Assembly (NCBI GenBank): GCA_963764625.1
Contig: CAVXTH010000001.1
Location: 32,001 to 96,000, forward strand
Direction: 5' to 3'
Source: Candidatus Krumholzibacteriota bacterium
GTDB lineage: Bacteria; Krumholzibacteriota; Krumholzibacteriia; JAJRXK01
DNA length: 64,000 bases
The notes beneath the pieces were generated by a model. It did not search any database, was not told the origin of the DNA, and saw nothing but the letters and a program-made list of their open reading frames with translations. The translations under genes were made by a program, and so were the position numbers. Below, in pieces: positions 62,628-64,000 of this stretch. The first letter of the stretch is position 1, and every line of letters starts with the position of its first letter.

Positions 62628-63998
62628 TTGAGGAATCTGCGACTCGTACTGAGCCTCGGTGTGCTCTGTCTAGGGACCGTCTCGGTGATCCCCGCCGCCA
62701 ACGCGGTTTCGGGAGCCTCCGCTGCCTCCGCGGCCAGCGAGGCCAAAGCGGGCGCGGGCAAGAGAACCGCCCCGACCAAACTGCCAGGGGTCTGGGAGCT
62801 GGCCAAACAAAATGAGGGCGAGCCCTATTGGGCTCCGCTTTTTCGCCTGCGCGACGCCGAAGCGCAGTACCGGGACACCCCGCAGTGGAGCGAGTACGCG
62901 CAGATGCGCGCCTCTCTCGAGTGCAAGGTCGGCGACCATGCGGCGGCGCTCGCGGCCTGGGATTCGGCCTTTGTACCGCGCGACTCCATGGGCACTCTGC
63001 CCGCGGGCATGAGAGCCCGCAACGCGGTCGACTACTTGGGTGCGATGGCGGACACGGCCCGGGTGATGATGATCAACGAGCGCCATCACGCGGCGTCCGA
63101 CCGTCTCTTGACCCTTGCGCTGCTTCCGATCCTTCGCGCCAAGGGCTACCGCTACTTCGCGGCCGAGGCCTTCGATCCGCGCGACAGCCAACTCAACGAG
63201 CGGATGTATCCGGTGGCGGCGACTGGAACCTATTTGCGCGATCCGGTGTTCGCCCTGCTCGTGCGCGAGGCGCTTCGCCTGGGCTACACACTGGTGCCCT
63301 ATGAGAGCATGCGCGGCGAGGAAGCGGGAGACGATTCGATGACCACGCAACAGCGTCGCGACTTCACGCAGGCGCGCAACCTCGCGCGAGCGACGGTCGA
63401 GCAGGATCCCAAGGCGAAAGTCCTGGTGCACGCAGGGTATTCACATGTGCTCGAGCGCGCGAGCGAGCGCTTCACGCCCATGGCCCTGTATTTCCGCCAG
63501 CTCACAGGAATCGATCCAGTCACGGTCGATCAGACGCGCTTGAGCGAACGGAGCGAGCCCCGCTACGAAGATCCCGCGTATCGCGCCTGCGTGAAAGCGG
63601 GGTTCCTGAAGGATGGGCCGGTGATCCTCTTCGACGCGAAGGGGAAGCCCTACGCGCCCGCCGACTTCGCGGTCGACTACCAGGTCTTCACCCCGCGCAC
63701 ACACTATGTGGACGGACGACCCACGTGGATGGCGTGCGGAGGGCTGCGGCGCGCGGTTTCGGTGGATGTTCCCGAGGCGCAGGAGCAGTGGTGCATGCTC
63801 GAGGCGCGGGTTCCGGATGAGCCGCTAGATGCGATTCCCCTGGACCGCTGCGAGGTGGAGGGAACGGACAAGGCAACGCTGTTCGTGCCAGTTGGCCAGA
63901 AGTTCGTGCTCCGTGTACTGGACCAGGACAAAGAGGAGCTTCGCGAAACCCTGGAGACGAACCCGCGTCCTGAGAAAGCGCGCGGAGGAGACGAATAG
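62628..63998 (+). CDS. secreted hypothetical protein, EreA/ChaN/TIKI-like fold possible
   Basis: signal peptide; INERHH, GYRYFAAE, R..QA.NL, VHAGYSH; start estimated (TTG after GAGAGGA). Confidence 0.65.
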   Translation: MRNLRLVLSLGVLCLGTVSVIPAANAVSGASAASAASEAKAGAGKRTAPTKLPGVWELAKQNEGEPYWAPLFRLRDAEAQYRDTPQWSEYAQMRASLECKVGDHAAALAAWDSAFVPRDSMGTLPAGMRARNAVDYLGAMADTARVMMINERHHAASDRLLTLALLPILRAKGYRYFAAEAFDPRDSQLNERMYPVAATGTYLRDPVFALLVREALRLGYTLVPYESMRGEEAGDDSMTTQQRRDFTQARNLARATVEQDPKAKVLVHAGYSHVLERASERFTPMALYFRQLTGIDPVTVDQTRLSERSEPRYEDPAYRACVKAGFLKDGPVILFDAKGKPYAPADFAVDYQVFTPRTHYVDGRPTWMACGGLRRAVSVDVPEAQEQWCMLEARVPDEPLDAIPLDRCEVEGTDKATLFVPVGQKFVLRVLDQDKEELRETLETNPRPEKARGGDE

Positions 63999-64000
63999 GC

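Overview
GC-rich bacterial chromosomal window, probably from an FCB-group lineage (Latescibacterota/Krumholzibacteria/Eisenbacteria-like). This is inferred from a PNPFNP-type C-terminal secretion domain and 'S(T)WGxxK' C-terminal tails. Most of it is housekeeping: def, mqnE, fusA, glnS, gltX, ilvC, tilS-ftsH-folP-cdaA, queG, guaB, hpt, udk, nupC-like, topA and three tRNAs. The main result is at 58096-61298 (-): a TetR regulator, a lipoprotein multiheme cytochrome c and a tandem rhodanese lipoprotein. The ORF track splits the cytochrome in two at an in-frame TGA (60404-60406, context G-E-G-*-G-G). A perfect 8-bp hairpin with a G-led loop follows 17 nt later, so this is very probably a selenocysteine-containing cytochrome with 10 CXXCH plus 1 CX3CH motifs. 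Other notable loci: an ECF sigma/anti-sigma/secreted TPR-CHAT protease module; a cluster with a degenerate CheA-like protein, a BldC/Xis-like HTH and two HD-GYP proteins; a 9-bp tandem repeat encoding a possible His/Met-rich leader upstream of an OPT transporter; and three genes broken by apparent +1 frameshifts that may be sequencing errors. All calls come from reading motifs by eye; no searches were run and several start codons are my estimates.
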